Counted from the first letter of the stretch, positions 48,804-58,645 are shown. The stretch: 64,000 nt of DNA from an uncultured bacterium (GCA_963801165.1 CAWDDT010000005.1:480001-544000); one strand, 5' to 3'. Translations and numbers: made by a program. Notes: a model not told the origin generated them from the letters alone.

Positions 48804-51125
48804 GTGAAACTCGACCGCAGTACGGTCGCGCTCGTCGCCACAACTGCAGGTGGCTTGGTAGTCGGCATCATCGCTGCCGTCGCCGGACAGTCCGCGGTTT
48901 CGGACGTTGCCTGGGCTCTCGCCGGAGTTGTTGCCGCGATCCCGCTCGTTGTCGGCTTCGTCGACAGCGTCAGGAAACGCGAGTGGGGGCTGGACATCAT
49001 CGCGGTCCTGGCGGTCGCCGGTTCGATCATCCTCGGTGAGTACCTCGCCGCGGCAATCATCGGTCTGATGCTGACGACGGGGGAAGCGCTCGACTCCTAT
49101 GCGGCGACGAGGGCGAAGCACGAGTTGACCGCGCTCTTGCAGCGAGCACCGCGGGAAGCCCACATCGTCGTCGGCGACGAGGTCACCACCGTTGGAGTGG
49201 ACGAGGTTCGAGAAAGGGATCGGCTCATCGTCAAGGCGGGAGAAGTCGTTCCGGTGGACGGTGTGGTGGTGGACGGTAGCGCGGTTCTCGATGAGTCTTC
49301 GCTTACGGGCGAGGTGGCCCCGGTGGTGCATCCTGTTGGTGACCACGTTGCCAGTGGCACCGTCAATGCGGGGGACGGCTTCCATGTGGTGGCGCTCAAG
49401 GGTGCTGCTGATTCGACCTATGCGGGAATCGTCAAGCTGGTGGCGGAGGCGCAGTCCGCCAAGGCGCCCATCTCCCGGCTGGCGGATCGGTACGCGTTCG
49501 GGTTCGTTCCCCTGGCGCTCGCTATTTCTGCGGTCGCGTGGGTGGTTTCGGGCGACCCGGTGCGTGGCCTCTCGGTGCTCGTGGTTGCTACGCCGTGCCC
49601 GCTGCTCCTGGCGGTCCCCATAGCCATCGTCTCTGGTGTTTCCCGTGCCGCAAATAGAGGGGTGGTGGTCAAGGGTGGCGGCGTGCTCGAGCGGCTGGCA
49701 GACGCCGAGATCCTCATCATCGACAAGACGGGGACGCTCACCGTTGGCGAGGCATCGGTGGCCGCAGTTACCGCATTTGGTCCGGATCTGGCTGAGGACG
49801 AGCTGCTCCGGCTGGGAGCTTCACTCGATCAGATGTCGAATCACATCCTTGCCGCAGCGCTGGTGAGGGCGGCACGGGAACGGGGCGTCGAGCTAGAGCT
49901 GCCAACCGATGTCGAGGAAACCGCAGGCGGCGGAATTGTCGGCAAGGTCGCCGGCTGCGACGTTGCGTTGGGGAGTGCGTCGTTCGTCGGCGAGGGGCGC
50001 GAGGTCTCGGCGGCGGCGGTGGCTTATCAGGCCCGGGCGGCGCGGTCACCAAGTATCGACGTGTCGATAGCGGTCGACGGTGCGGTGGTTGGCGCCTTCC
50101 GACTGGTCGACGAGGTGAGGGCGGACACGCCGCGTACGATCCGGCTGCTGCGCCGGCTGGGAATCCGTTCGGTCATTATGGCGACGGGCGATCATCCGGT
50201 GGTAGCCGAATCGGTGGCGGCGGCAATCGGCGCCGATCGGGTGCTGGCCCGGTGCACTCCCGTTGAGAAGCTGGAGGCGGTGCAGGCTGCCACCGCAGAT
50301 GGCGTCACCATCATGGTCGGAGACGGGGTGAACGACGCTCCGGCGCTTGCCGCAGCCGACGTCGGGGTGGCCATGGGAGCTCGTGGCGCTACCTCGTCCT
50401 CGGAAGCGGCAGATGTGGTGCTGGTGGTGGATCGCCTCGACCGGCTGGCCGCGGCGATGCGGCTGGCGCAGCGGTCGCGCCTGATTGCCACGCAGAGCGC
50501 GTTCCTCGGCATGGGCCTGGCGATGGTGGCGATGGTGGCGGCAACGTTTGGCCTGTTCGGGCCGGTGGCGGGCGCCATTCTTCAGGAGGCAATCGACGTG
50601 CTGGCCATCCTGAGCGCCCTCCGGGCACTGCGCGACGGGTTGGGTTGGGGAGCCCAGGTGCGGCTTCCCAGTGAGCTGTCCGCCCGGCTCAAGGCCGAGC
50701 ACGACGAGCTGATCCCGAGGCTTCATGACATCGGACGGGTAGCGGATCGGTCGGGCAACCTGGGCAGTGTCGATGCGCTGGCCGAACTGCAACGCATCGA
50801 CGGCTTCGTCCAAGATGAGATCCTGCCACACGAACGGCAGGACGATCGGGAGATCTACCCGGTTCTTTCCAACCTGATCGGGGGTGAGGACCCCATGGCC
50901 GCGATGAGCCTTACCCACGGCGAGATCTTCAAGCTGGCAGGCACGCTGCACCGCATGGTCGAAGACCTCAGTGCGATTGCCGATCCCACCAACGACCTGT
51001 CAGATGCCCGGCGCGTGTTGTATAGCCTGGACGCCGTGCTGCGGCTGCATTTTGCGCAGGAAGAGGAGCTCTACCAGACGCTCGACGACAGCTACCACGA
51101 GCAGACCATGGCCGGAACCGGCTAG
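48804..51125 (+). CDS. P1B-5 heavy-metal P-type ATPase with C-terminal hemerythrin domain
   Basis: LTGE, TPCPL, DKTGTLT, GDGVNDAPAL, QEAIDV; C-terminal EHDEL...HERQD...THGEI...HFAQEEE. Confidence 0.9.
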   Translation: MKLDRSTVALVATTAGGLVVGIIAAVAGQSAVSDVAWALAGVVAAIPLVVGFVDSVRKREWGLDIIAVLAVAGSIILGEYLAAAIIGLMLTTGEALDSYAATRAKHELTALLQRAPREAHIVVGDEVTTVGVDEVRERDRLIVKAGEVVPVDGVVVDGSAVLDESSLTGEVAPVVHPVGDHVASGTVNAGDGFHVVALKGAADSTYAGIVKLVAEAQSAKAPISRLADRYAFGFVPLALAISAVAWVVSGDPVRGLSVLVVATPCPLLLAVPIAIVSGVSRAANRGVVVKGGGVLERLADAEILIIDKTGTLTVGEASVAAVTAFGPDLAEDELLRLGASLDQMSNHILAAALVRAARERGVELELPTDVEETAGGGIVGKVAGCDVALGSASFVGEGREVSAAAVAYQARAARSPSIDVSIAVDGAVVGAFRLVDEVRADTPRTIRLLRRLGIRSVIMATGDHPVVAESVAAAIGADRVLARCTPVEKLEAVQAATADGVTIMVGDGVNDAPALAAADVGVAMGARGATSSSEAADVVLVVDRLDRLAAAMRLAQRSRLIATQSAFLGMGLAMVAMVAATFGLFGPVAGAILQEAIDVLAILSALRALRDGLGWGAQVRLPSELSARLKAEHDELIPRLHDIGRVADRSGNLGSVDALAELQRIDGFVQDEILPHERQDDREIYPVLSNLIGGEDPMAAMSLTHGEIFKLAGTLHRMVEDLSAIADPTNDLSDARRVLYSLDAVLRLHFAQEEELYQTLDDSYHEQTMAGTG

Positions 51126-51184
51126 GAGTGCGCTGAGTAATTCCAGCTCAGGCTCGATACCGCCCCGGTGTGCCCCCCGGGAAC

Positions 51185-51212
51185 ACACAGGAGACTCCCA
51201 GCTCACTCACAG
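51185..51212 (+). promoter_or_regulatory. Triple MprA-like direct-repeat box
   Basis: ACACAG-N5-TCCCAG-N5-TCACAG, 11-bp period. Confidence 0.5.
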
Positions 51213-51275
51213 CTCGCGCCGCCAGGGTGAGGAAAACAACGAGCACGGGGAGCAAACGTGGTGGCTACAAACGGG

Positions 51276-52208
51276 ATGACCAGACGGACGTTCATCGTAC
51301 GTGCGGCCGCAGCCGGCTTGGCGCTGCCGTCGCTGTCGATGCTGCTCGCCGCCTGTGGCGAAGACGGCGCTGGTGACACGGTTTCGCCGTTCAATGGTTC
51401 CTACAACATCGACGATGCCGACACCGGGACACTGGTCGAGGTGTCGGTCGCGGACGGTGTGCGCACCATCAAGTCGAACGGCTTGCCCAACCATCCGACG
51501 GGAGCGTTCCCCAATGCGGGTAACCCCAACACAATCAGCGCCCAGACGTACTCCTTCACGCTGCCGGCCAGCCCCATTCGCAGCGCGACCGCAGCGGCAT
51601 ACAACGTCCCGCAGCCGTTCGGGATCGCCGTCAACGGCGTGAAGATCGACCCTTTCGCCGCCGAGTGGTATGACAACGACGCCACTTCTGGGTGGCAACT
51701 GGCCGCCCTCGCCAACCCCCTCGGGTTCGATGGCAACAATGCCCACGTCCAGCCAAACGGGGCCTACCACTATCACGGTGTCGCCCCGGCCCTGATCACG
51801 GCCCAGAACAAACCGCTGCTCATCGGGTGGGCGGGTGATGGCTTCCCCATCTATGGCCCCTACGGCTACCAAGACCCGTCTGATCCGGGCTCTCCGGTCG
51901 TCGAGTTGCACAGCTCCTACCGGCTCAAGACGGGGGAGCGCCGGTCGGGGCCGGGTGGTGTTTTCGACGGCACCTATATCGAGGACTACGAGTATGTCGC
52001 CGACAGCGGCGACCTCGACGAGTGCAACGGGCGAGTCGGGATCACCCCGGAGCATCCCGAGGGAATCTATCACTACGTTGCGACAACGGAGTGGCCGAGC
52101 TACGGGCGTTGCTTCGCCGGCGAAATCGCCGACTCATTCCGGGTCGAACCTCCCGCGGGAGTCGGGCCTCGCGACGCCGGTCGTGGTCCGAGCCCTAGAA
52201 CGCCCTAG
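51276..52208 (+). CDS. YHYH-domain protein, Tat-exported lipoprotein
   Basis: MTRRTFI twin-arginine plus LAAC lipobox; SNGLPNH, GIAVNGV, AHVQPNGAYHYHG, GWAGDGFPIYGP, DLDECNG, YHY. Confidence 0.9.
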   Translation: MTRRTFIVRAAAAGLALPSLSMLLAACGEDGAGDTVSPFNGSYNIDDADTGTLVEVSVADGVRTIKSNGLPNHPTGAFPNAGNPNTISAQTYSFTLPASPIRSATAAAYNVPQPFGIAVNGVKIDPFAAEWYDNDATSGWQLAALANPLGFDGNNAHVQPNGAYHYHGVAPALITAQNKPLLIGWAGDGFPIYGPYGYQDPSDPGSPVVELHSSYRLKTGERRSGPGGVFDGTYIEDYEYVADSGDLDECNGRVGITPEHPEGIYHYVATTEWPSYGRCFAGEIADSFRVEPPAGVGPRDAGRGPSPRTP

Positions 52209-52345
52209 GAGGTGTTGCAACCGGGGAGGTTGTCCCCGGGTGTCTCCGGGTTCGCCGCCACACTCCGGTCCGGTCCACAATTCGGGCCGGATCCTCTCGT
52301 CGGGAGGCGACCCACACGGGGGTAATCATCTTCGATTCGGCGGGT

Positions 52346-52807
52346 TCAGTACTCGCCTTTGATCACGAAGAACGACCCGCGAATAGTGCCGGCGAGCTTG
52401 GACTTCTGCCGGGCGAACTTGAAACGCGACTCGAGCTCGTCAGGGACATCCATCCCCTCCGCCAACTTGAACCCGACGGCCCGTTTCCCTCCGTCCTCGA
52501 CCGTGTACATCACGTTGATCGACAGCCCGCTCTCGTAGAACACATACGCCATTCGGATGCCGGCGACCTCGAACATCGTTGCTTGCAAAGGAGGACAGGC
52601 GATGACGAGGTCACGTTCTTCCTTCAGGATCCGATGCACCCACTCGATCGCATCGGCCGCATCGCTCGCCGGCTCCACGGTGAACACGTGGTCGTATTTG
52701 TTCTTGAAGTATCGGGCTTCGTTGGCCCGCAGACCGGCGAGTGCGTCGACCACCGGCGACGACTCGAGACCTTCGGTCGAGACTTGCGTGAAGTCGACGA
52801 TCGGCAT
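52346..52807 (-). CDS. Conserved-looking hypothetical cytoplasmic protein
   Basis: SD GGAGG plus ATG; well-formed 153-aa ORF (LAGLRANEARYFKNKY, KRAVGFKL). Confidence 0.7.
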   Translation of the reverse strand: MPIVDFTQVSTEGLESSPVVDALAGLRANEARYFKNKYDHVFTVEPASDAADAIEWVHRILKEERDLVIACPPLQATMFEVAGIRMAYVFYESGLSINVMYTVEDGGKRAVGFKLAEGMDVPDELESRFKFARQKSKLAGTIRGSFFVIKGEY

Positions 52808-53012
52808 GAGGTTTCCTCCCATCGGGTTCGAAGTGATTTCTGGATTGAACCATACGTCGCGGCGGCAGCGACGGCTTCTCCATACCTGCTCGATCCTCGA
52901 GAGTGTCGCGGAGAAGGTCTCGGAAGTGTCGGTCGCCGAGAAGATCCGCGGCACTAGCTACCCAAGGCGTCGATCCGCCGACGCTGTACAATTCCTGCCA
53001 GGGGTTCTAGCC

Positions 53013-54725
53013 ATGCCGCATTCTCTTGGTTCGAGATCGATCCTGGTGGTCATCCTCGTTGCGCTCGCCACCGGGTGCCACGGGGGTGGCGACACGGCGA
53101 CGACGCCATCGAACGCGGCTACGACATCGCCGGTGTCGACAGGGCCCACCACCACGACAATGACCACGCTCGCCGCGACGCCGGCTGGCGGCGGAGTTGT
53201 AATCGGAAGTGTGCAGGAGTTGCCGACGCTGAACCCGCTCGCTCCTGGTGGCTCCAACGAGATCGTTGAGGCGGTAGCCAGCCTCTACGTCCCCGGCGCG
53301 TTTGACGTTGCCCCCGACCTGGAGCTCGTCCCCGACCTGGTTGAGGATATCCCGTCACTCGACAACGGGGATGTCGTGGTCGATCCCGACGGAGCGATGA
53401 GCGTCACCTGGCGAATCCGGCCCGAGGCCGTCTGGTCGGATGGGATGCCGATTTCGGGTGACGACTTCGCTTTCAGCCTCGACCTGGGTCGGGACCAGCC
53501 GGTCCCCGATGTGTTGTCGGTGGAACCGGGCGAGAAATCGATCACGGTCCGGTTTGCCGAACCGTCTCTGGTGTATGAGGGCCTGTTCCGGTGGGTCGTT
53601 CCCCGCCACGCGGTCGACGGCACCGACCTCGACCTCGATTGGAACACCAAGATGTGGCCTTCGGGCGGCCCGTTCGTCTTCGACGAGTGGGTCCCCGGTG
53701 AGAGGCTGCGTCTGGTGCGTAACGATCGATACTGGAAGACCGAAGAGACCACGGGTGCGGCTGGTCCGTTCCTCGATTCGGTCGAGATCAGGTTCGTTCC
53801 CAGCGAGACGGACCTGGCTGCTGCCATCGCTGCGGGCAACGTGGACGTCGCATCGTTCCGTTCTCCGGAAGGGATCACGGCGTTCCGCAACGTCGGCGAC
53901 ATGAGCCTCAACGTCGACACCTCACCCGGCACGGTGCTGGAGTCCCTGATGATCTCCTTTGGTGACGACAACCCGACCGGAGAGAGCTTGAACACGTCGC
54001 TCTCCTATCGCCGGGCGATCGCTGCTGCCCTCGACCGAGATTCACTGGCCGCCGCCTGGTATGGCGACGACAGCGTCCGACCCTCCGACAGCCTTGTCAC
54101 GGTCACCCCTGGTGACGGGCCGTGGTCCGCATACAGCTACGACCCGGCCGGAGCGAGCCGTCTCCTCACCGCGGCATGCGACGCCGCCCGGCGTGACTGT
54201 GTCTCCGACCCGCCGCACGTCCGGCTGCGGGTTCCCTGGAATGCCGGGCCCGAAGCCCGTCTCGCCGACGACGTGGTGACGATGCTCCAGAACGCCGGTT
54301 TCTCCGCCGAGGTCGAGGTCTTCACCACACAGGACATCGTCCCCTGGGACGTGCCGTGGGATCTTGGCATCTGGCTGGTAGAGACACAGCCCGGCGCCGA
54401 GGGCGTCGTCGCTTCATTTGGCCTATTTGACGCCGATGCCGCATCACCGTACCGATACGAGTATCGCTGGTCCGCCGGCTCCGAACCCGCCGCGTCCGAG
54501 TTCGAGACGATCCTCGAAGCGATGCACGCCACGACGGACCCGACCGCGATTCGCAATCTCGCTGCAGCGGCCCAGGGCCTGCTTGCGGCGCAGGTTGTGA
54601 CGATCCCGCTCGTCCGCAGATCGGTCGTCACCGCATTCACCAACGCGATCGGCGGATTCGTCCCGCACCCCGACCCATCCAATGCGTTCTGGTCGATCCC
54701 CGGCTGGTACCGCACCGACCTCTGA
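53013..54725 (+). CDS. Orphan family-5 ABC solute-binding lipoprotein
   Basis: Lipobox ATGC; WSDGMPISGDDFAFS, SGGPFVF, RNDRYW, RRAIAAALDR. Confidence 0.85.
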   Translation: MPHSLGSRSILVVILVALATGCHGGGDTATTPSNAATTSPVSTGPTTTTMTTLAATPAGGGVVIGSVQELPTLNPLAPGGSNEIVEAVASLYVPGAFDVAPDLELVPDLVEDIPSLDNGDVVVDPDGAMSVTWRIRPEAVWSDGMPISGDDFAFSLDLGRDQPVPDVLSVEPGEKSITVRFAEPSLVYEGLFRWVVPRHAVDGTDLDLDWNTKMWPSGGPFVFDEWVPGERLRLVRNDRYWKTEETTGAAGPFLDSVEIRFVPSETDLAAAIAAGNVDVASFRSPEGITAFRNVGDMSLNVDTSPGTVLESLMISFGDDNPTGESLNTSLSYRRAIAAALDRDSLAAAWYGDDSVRPSDSLVTVTPGDGPWSAYSYDPAGASRLLTAACDAARRDCVSDPPHVRLRVPWNAGPEARLADDVVTMLQNAGFSAEVEVFTTQDIVPWDVPWDLGIWLVETQPGAEGVVASFGLFDADAASPYRYEYRWSAGSEPAASEFETILEAMHATTDPTAIRNLAAAAQGLLAAQVVTIPLVRRSVVTAFTNAIGGFVPHPDPSNAFWSIPGWYRTDL

Positions 54726-54756
54726 ACGAGCGATCCGGCGATATGTCATCGTCTTG

Positions 54757-55209
54757 TTAGTCGCGGAAGAACACCACCGGTATCCCCTCCCACGAGTAGG
54801 GAGCCGCCGGGCACGGCAGGTCGGTGCCGAGGGTGACCCTGATCATGTAGCCGGTCGCCTCCTCGATCGTGTATTCGCCGTCCGTCGGGCCGGACCACAC
54901 CTGTCCGCCGCGGGGAACGACGTCCGTAGCGATGGCCCCGAACCTATCGACGAGGTCGTCACCGGTAGCGGCGAGAACCGTCTCGACACGCTGCTTGTCG
55001 GTCTGACCCTTCTTGGGCAGACCGTCCCCGATTGGTGAGCGGAGCATGTCGTCGGCACCGGGGCAATCGGTACGGACCATGACGTTGCCGGCGTTGGTGT
55101 AGGTCTCGAAGAGACTGCTGGCGCCGGGGGTGGTCGCCTTTGTGCACCCGGTCGTCCCGAGAACGACCACGAGAGCGATGGCAACGGGGGCGATCTTCCG
55201 CATTCCCAT
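54757..55209 (-). CDS. Hypothetical lipoprotein
   Basis: Signal peptide with TTGC lipobox. Confidence 0.65.
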   Translation of the reverse strand: MGMRKIAPVAIALVVVLGTTGCTKATTPGASSLFETYTNAGNVMVRTDCPGADDMLRSPIGDGLPKKGQTDKQRVETVLAATGDDLVDRFGAIATDVVPRGGQVWSGPTDGEYTIEEATGYMIRVTLGTDLPCPAAPYSWEGIPVVFFRD

Positions 55210-55342
55210 AGGCTCACCCCCTCATCGCCTGCTCGGTGATCAATTCGATTCTACCGGGAGAGAGAAGAAGCGGCGGGAGCGGAACCAGAGAGCGGCACCA
55301 CCCGGTGGGCGGCGCCGCTCCTGTTGCAGCCGTCGTGGTCGA

Positions 55343-55597
55343 CTACTTGGTCGGTAGCGCAGGCCCTGCCTCACCCCGGAAGTACGCCCACTCGTCGACT
55401 TCGCTGCCATCCGAGAAGACACAGATTCCGATCTGGCCGCCGCTCGCATCGGTCCGGATGTCGACCGTGCCTCCTTGTTCCTCGCAGTAGACGGATGCCG
55501 GATTGGGCACCCCCGACTGCTCTTCTTTGTCACCACTACCGCCGCATCCTGAGATCATCAGGACAACGGCGACTGCTATTCCGACAGCACGCTTCAT
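55343..55597 (-). CDS. DUF333 domain lipoprotein
   Basis: ISGC lipobox; PNPASVYCEEQGG...GICVFSDGSEVDEWAYFR. Confidence 0.85.
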   Translation of the reverse strand: MKRAVGIAVAVVLMISGCGGSGDKEEQSGVPNPASVYCEEQGGTVDIRTDASGGQIGICVFSDGSEVDEWAYFRGEAGPALPTK

Positions 55598-55869
55598 GTT
55601 GCCCTCCTCGGGTTGCTGGGCTTGCGATGCGGTGGTCCGGGGTGCCGGTGTCTCCGCCGTCATCCCCGCTTTGTCACTCGTCGGCAGGCCCAGGTTGTAC
55701 CGACTCTTACGCCTATCTATTACGCCGATTCGACGCTCCGAGATGGTGCCGGGGTTCCGCAGAATGCCGAGATATCAGCCAGCAGCTGCATTGATCACGG
55801 GCGGTCCGAATGGCATCTTGTTGGTCGCCCGGCGTTACTGTTCAGTCGACTCGGCACGAAGGGGGCGAG

Positions 55870-56700
55870 ATGCGATTGTTGGTGGTGGCGATCCTCATCG
55901 CGGTAGTGAGCTCGTGCTCCGATTCCGGCACCGTCGAATCGGTGGATTCGCCGCAGGGTACGGCGTTCGGAATCCCGCAAGGTATCGAGCCGGCAGCCGT
56001 TGACATGGCGACCAAGATCATTGCGCAGCGTCTCGACGCCGCAGAGATCACGGGCTACCGGATCGACGTCGCCGACTCGGCACTGTGGATCGCGGTCCCG
56101 GAAGACACACTTCCGATCGTCCTCGAGATGGCAGTTGCCGATGGGGTTGTCTCGCTTCGGCCGGTGCTGGAGGTCCTCCTCGAGAGTCCGTTTGTCTCCG
56201 ATCCCGAAGGGGCAATTCCCGACGGGGTGGACCCGAGTACCGGTCTGACCATCGACGACGACACATCGAGCGAGAGCTACCTACAGGATGAGAGCAAGGT
56301 GGTGTATCACGTGGGATCGGCATTCGTGGCCGGCTCAGACATAACCGGCGCATCGGTCGACCACAGTCTCAACCTGTGGCTAGTCAAGCCCGAGTTCAGC
56401 GAAAGCGCAGCAGCGGCCTTTCTCGAGGCGACGAAGGCGGCCGCAACCTACCCGTTCGATGACCCACGCCGCCGGATTGCAGTGGTGGTGGATGGGGTCG
56501 TGGTATCGGCACCCGCAATGGCGCGAGAAGTCGACCCGACCGCAGGCGTCGATCCCGCAGACATGGCCATCACATTCGGACCTGAAGATCAAGACGCTCT
56601 GAGGGCGCGAGTGGTGGCGGCCTATCTCAGCGCAGGGGCACTCCCGTTCCGCCTGACGAGGCCCGGCGACCCGGCCCTCGAGGGCGCGACGAATAGCTGA
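55870..56700 (+). CDS. Lipoprotein resembling the SecD P1 extracytoplasmic domain
   Basis: VSSC lipobox; IIAQRLD, VSLRPVL, GSDITGA, RIAVVVDGVVVSAP, LSAGALP; no SecD TM bundle. Confidence 0.7.
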   Translation: MRLLVVAILIAVVSSCSDSGTVESVDSPQGTAFGIPQGIEPAAVDMATKIIAQRLDAAEITGYRIDVADSALWIAVPEDTLPIVLEMAVADGVVSLRPVLEVLLESPFVSDPEGAIPDGVDPSTGLTIDDDTSSESYLQDESKVVYHVGSAFVAGSDITGASVDHSLNLWLVKPEFSESAAAAFLEATKAAATYPFDDPRRRIAVVVDGVVVSAPAMAREVDPTAGVDPADMAITFGPEDQDALRARVVAAYLSAGALPFRLTRPGDPALEGATNS

Positions 56701-56826
56701 GACGCGGGCCCATCGATCAAGTCCCGGTGACGGTGGCGCGGGATTCGAGGCCGCCATTGCGGCGGTGTATGTGACGGCCTGATCGAACGAAAAGCAACCG
56801 CTCGGGACCGGCGCGATGGCGAGCGG

Positions 56827-57510
56827 CTATGGCTGACTCTCAGGAGTGAGGTCTTTGTCCTCCATCTCCCAAGCGTGGTCCATCGTGTGATAGCCGCTGT
56901 GCCGAATCAGGTAGCGGAGAGGCCAGGTGCGAGCCATCTTCTCTTCGGCGTGGAATTGTCGGATAGCGTCGAGATAGTCAACCCGGTGTTCGGCCAGGCC
57001 ATCCTCGCTGAACACGGGTTCCTTAGGCAGCTTGGGCAATCCCAGCTTCCGACCCCAGTGCATTTCCTCGAAGACCACGTGGCGCACAATATGGTCGCGG
57101 TCCCGGCCGCCGCCCCGCGGCCCCTTCTTGAGTTCCGCAGAAACCCGGCGACGAACGTCGTCGAAGTACGCCCAGCAACCCGCCAGCAGAGAGAGTTCAC
57201 GCTCGAGGTCGTCCTTCGTCACCGGCGCCGCGTCGTAGGCGGAGAATGCGAACGAGATGCCCCAGAAGTCTGTCGAGCCTGAGCCGTCGTATCGTTCGAC
57301 GATATCGAGGTCGGCCGAGATGTCGAACCCGGACTCGAGACCGGCGTTCTTGGCCACCGCGGCGTAGCGGGGGAGGTACGCGTCGAGATGCTCGACGGCG
57401 ACCTCCTCAGTCTTGCCTCCGCGCTCGAGCCCCGGCCAGTCCAGTGCCCAGACGGCAAACTTCCTGCCTTTCGGCCCGAACTCGACCGCGATTCGGATGG
57501 GCTCTGCCAT
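56827..57510 (-). CDS. Hypothetical protein (HicB-like N-terminus, DinB-like His-containing C-terminus)
   Basis: WALDWPGLERGGKTEEVA; GPRGGGRDRDHIVRHV; RHSGYHTMDHAWEMED. Confidence 0.7.
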   Translation of the reverse strand: MAEPIRIAVEFGPKGRKFAVWALDWPGLERGGKTEEVAVEHLDAYLPRYAAVAKNAGLESGFDISADLDIVERYDGSGSTDFWGISFAFSAYDAAPVTKDDLERELSLLAGCWAYFDDVRRRVSAELKKGPRGGGRDRDHIVRHVVFEEMHWGRKLGLPKLPKEPVFSEDGLAEHRVDYLDAIRQFHAEEKMARTWPLRYLIRHSGYHTMDHAWEMEDKDLTPESQP

Positions 57511-57651
57511 TGTCGCGTTCTCCCCGTGTCGCGGACGGCTCGGATGGTGTTGAGGGCCAGGTGATCAGGCCCGGAGGGATACACGCCGGGTCGTCGTCCG
57601 GGCCCACATTTCCACAAACCGTACCACGACCATGGGCCTGCTAACTCGTCA

Positions 57652-57674
57652 GTGCGCCCAGCTGGATTCGAACC
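57652..57674 (-). mobile_element. Degenerate tRNA 3'-end remnant (att-like scar)
   Basis: Minus strand GGTTCGAATCCAGCTGGGCGCAC; 21/23 identical to the remnant at 60.65 kb. Confidence 0.65.
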
Positions 57675-57760
57675 CTCGCCCCATTCGGGAGGATGCGGGT
57701 ATGTCAGCGTTGGGCGGCGGTGTGGCGCAGGTGGTGAGCCTGTGAAAACGGCGTCCAGGC

Positions 57761-57934
57761 CAACTCACCTGTAAGAAAGTGGGCCTCCGGGTAGGCATGT
57801 CCAGCCCTGAGACTTCCCGGCGGCGGTACATCTCGGTGCGAACCGTCGACAACCATCTCCGATCCGTTTACAGAAATCTCGACGTAGGAGGACAGGAGGA
57901 ACTGAGCGAGGTGCTGGCACCCGTCCTCGGTTGA
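57761..57934 (+). pseudogene. LuxR-type HTH remnant
   Basis: Manual translation QLTCKKVGLRVGMSSPETSRRRYISVRTVDNHLRSVYRNLDVGGQEELSEVL matches the LuxR C-terminal pattern with degenerate positions. Confidence 0.7.
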
Positions 57935-58033
57935 GTAGTCGATTGGCGGAATTGAGTAATCCGATCCACCGGTTCAAGCGGTAATTTCCTGTGAGCCCAA
58001 TTCAGTGGCGCCTACGAATTGTTGAGGAGTGCG

Positions 58034-58645
58034 ATGAAATACAGATGGGCACTCGCCCTGGCTATGGCATTCCTCCTTCTCACGGCCTGCACCGGTTCGG
58101 GTGACACAGGCCCGGGCTCGACAGACGCGAACGCTGACGACACCACCACGTCGAGCCCGGCATCGGGCTCCTCGGTCGCCAATGACGGCGACTCGGCGAC
58201 GACGGCCTCGACGGTGGACGAAAGTAAGCACTCGGGAGGCGAAGTCGGCACAAACCGCGCCACGGTCACCCTCGATGGCGATACTTACCTCTTCCAGTTG
58301 GACGAAGGCGGCACCTGTGACCCGGACTGGCTTGGCACCGGGGGGTTGCGAGCCCTCCTGACCATGGTGGACGAGAACGGAGACTCGGTCGCGTTCGAAG
58401 AAGATTCGAGTATCACGCAAGGGGTGGACATGTTCCTGGCTGACCCCGGTGAGGGTGTCCCTCTTTCAGAGATCAGCATCTTTTTGGAGCCCGCCTGGTG
58501 GGCCAATCCGGACGCCGTCGAGGGGAGCAGCGTCGACTCCCTCACTCTCGATGGCGGTCACGCCGAGGGCACCGCCATATTCATGACCGAGACCGGTGAA
58601 GGCCCGGTGCCTGGGACCTTCGAGGTGAATTGCGCCACCCAATAG
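58034..58645 (+). CDS. Hypothetical lipoprotein
   Basis: SD GAGGAG; LTAC lipobox; Ser/Thr linker; beta-rich domain. Confidence 0.75.
   Translation: MKYRWALALAMAFLLLTACTGSGDTGPGSTDANADDTTTSSPASGSSVANDGDSATTASTVDESKHSGGEVGTNRATVTLDGDTYLFQLDEGGTCDPDWLGTGGLRALLTMVDENGDSVAFEEDSSITQGVDMFLADPGEGVPLSEISIFLEPAWWANPDAVEGSSVDSLTLDGGHAEGTAIFMTETGEGPVPGTFEVNCATQ

Noticed and set aside
52209-52345. GC-rich intergenic stretch as a possible ncRNA
   Set aside because: Lies between convergent genes with only short hairpins and no recognisable family motif.
52346-52807. Possible prophage gene
   Set aside because: No phage structural, integrase or replication genes are nearby, and I cannot support any phage motif.
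56732-56748. Third tRNA-like scar (minus strand TCGAATCCCGCGCCACC)
   Set aside because: Too short, wrong stem spacing, and does not match the other two remnants.
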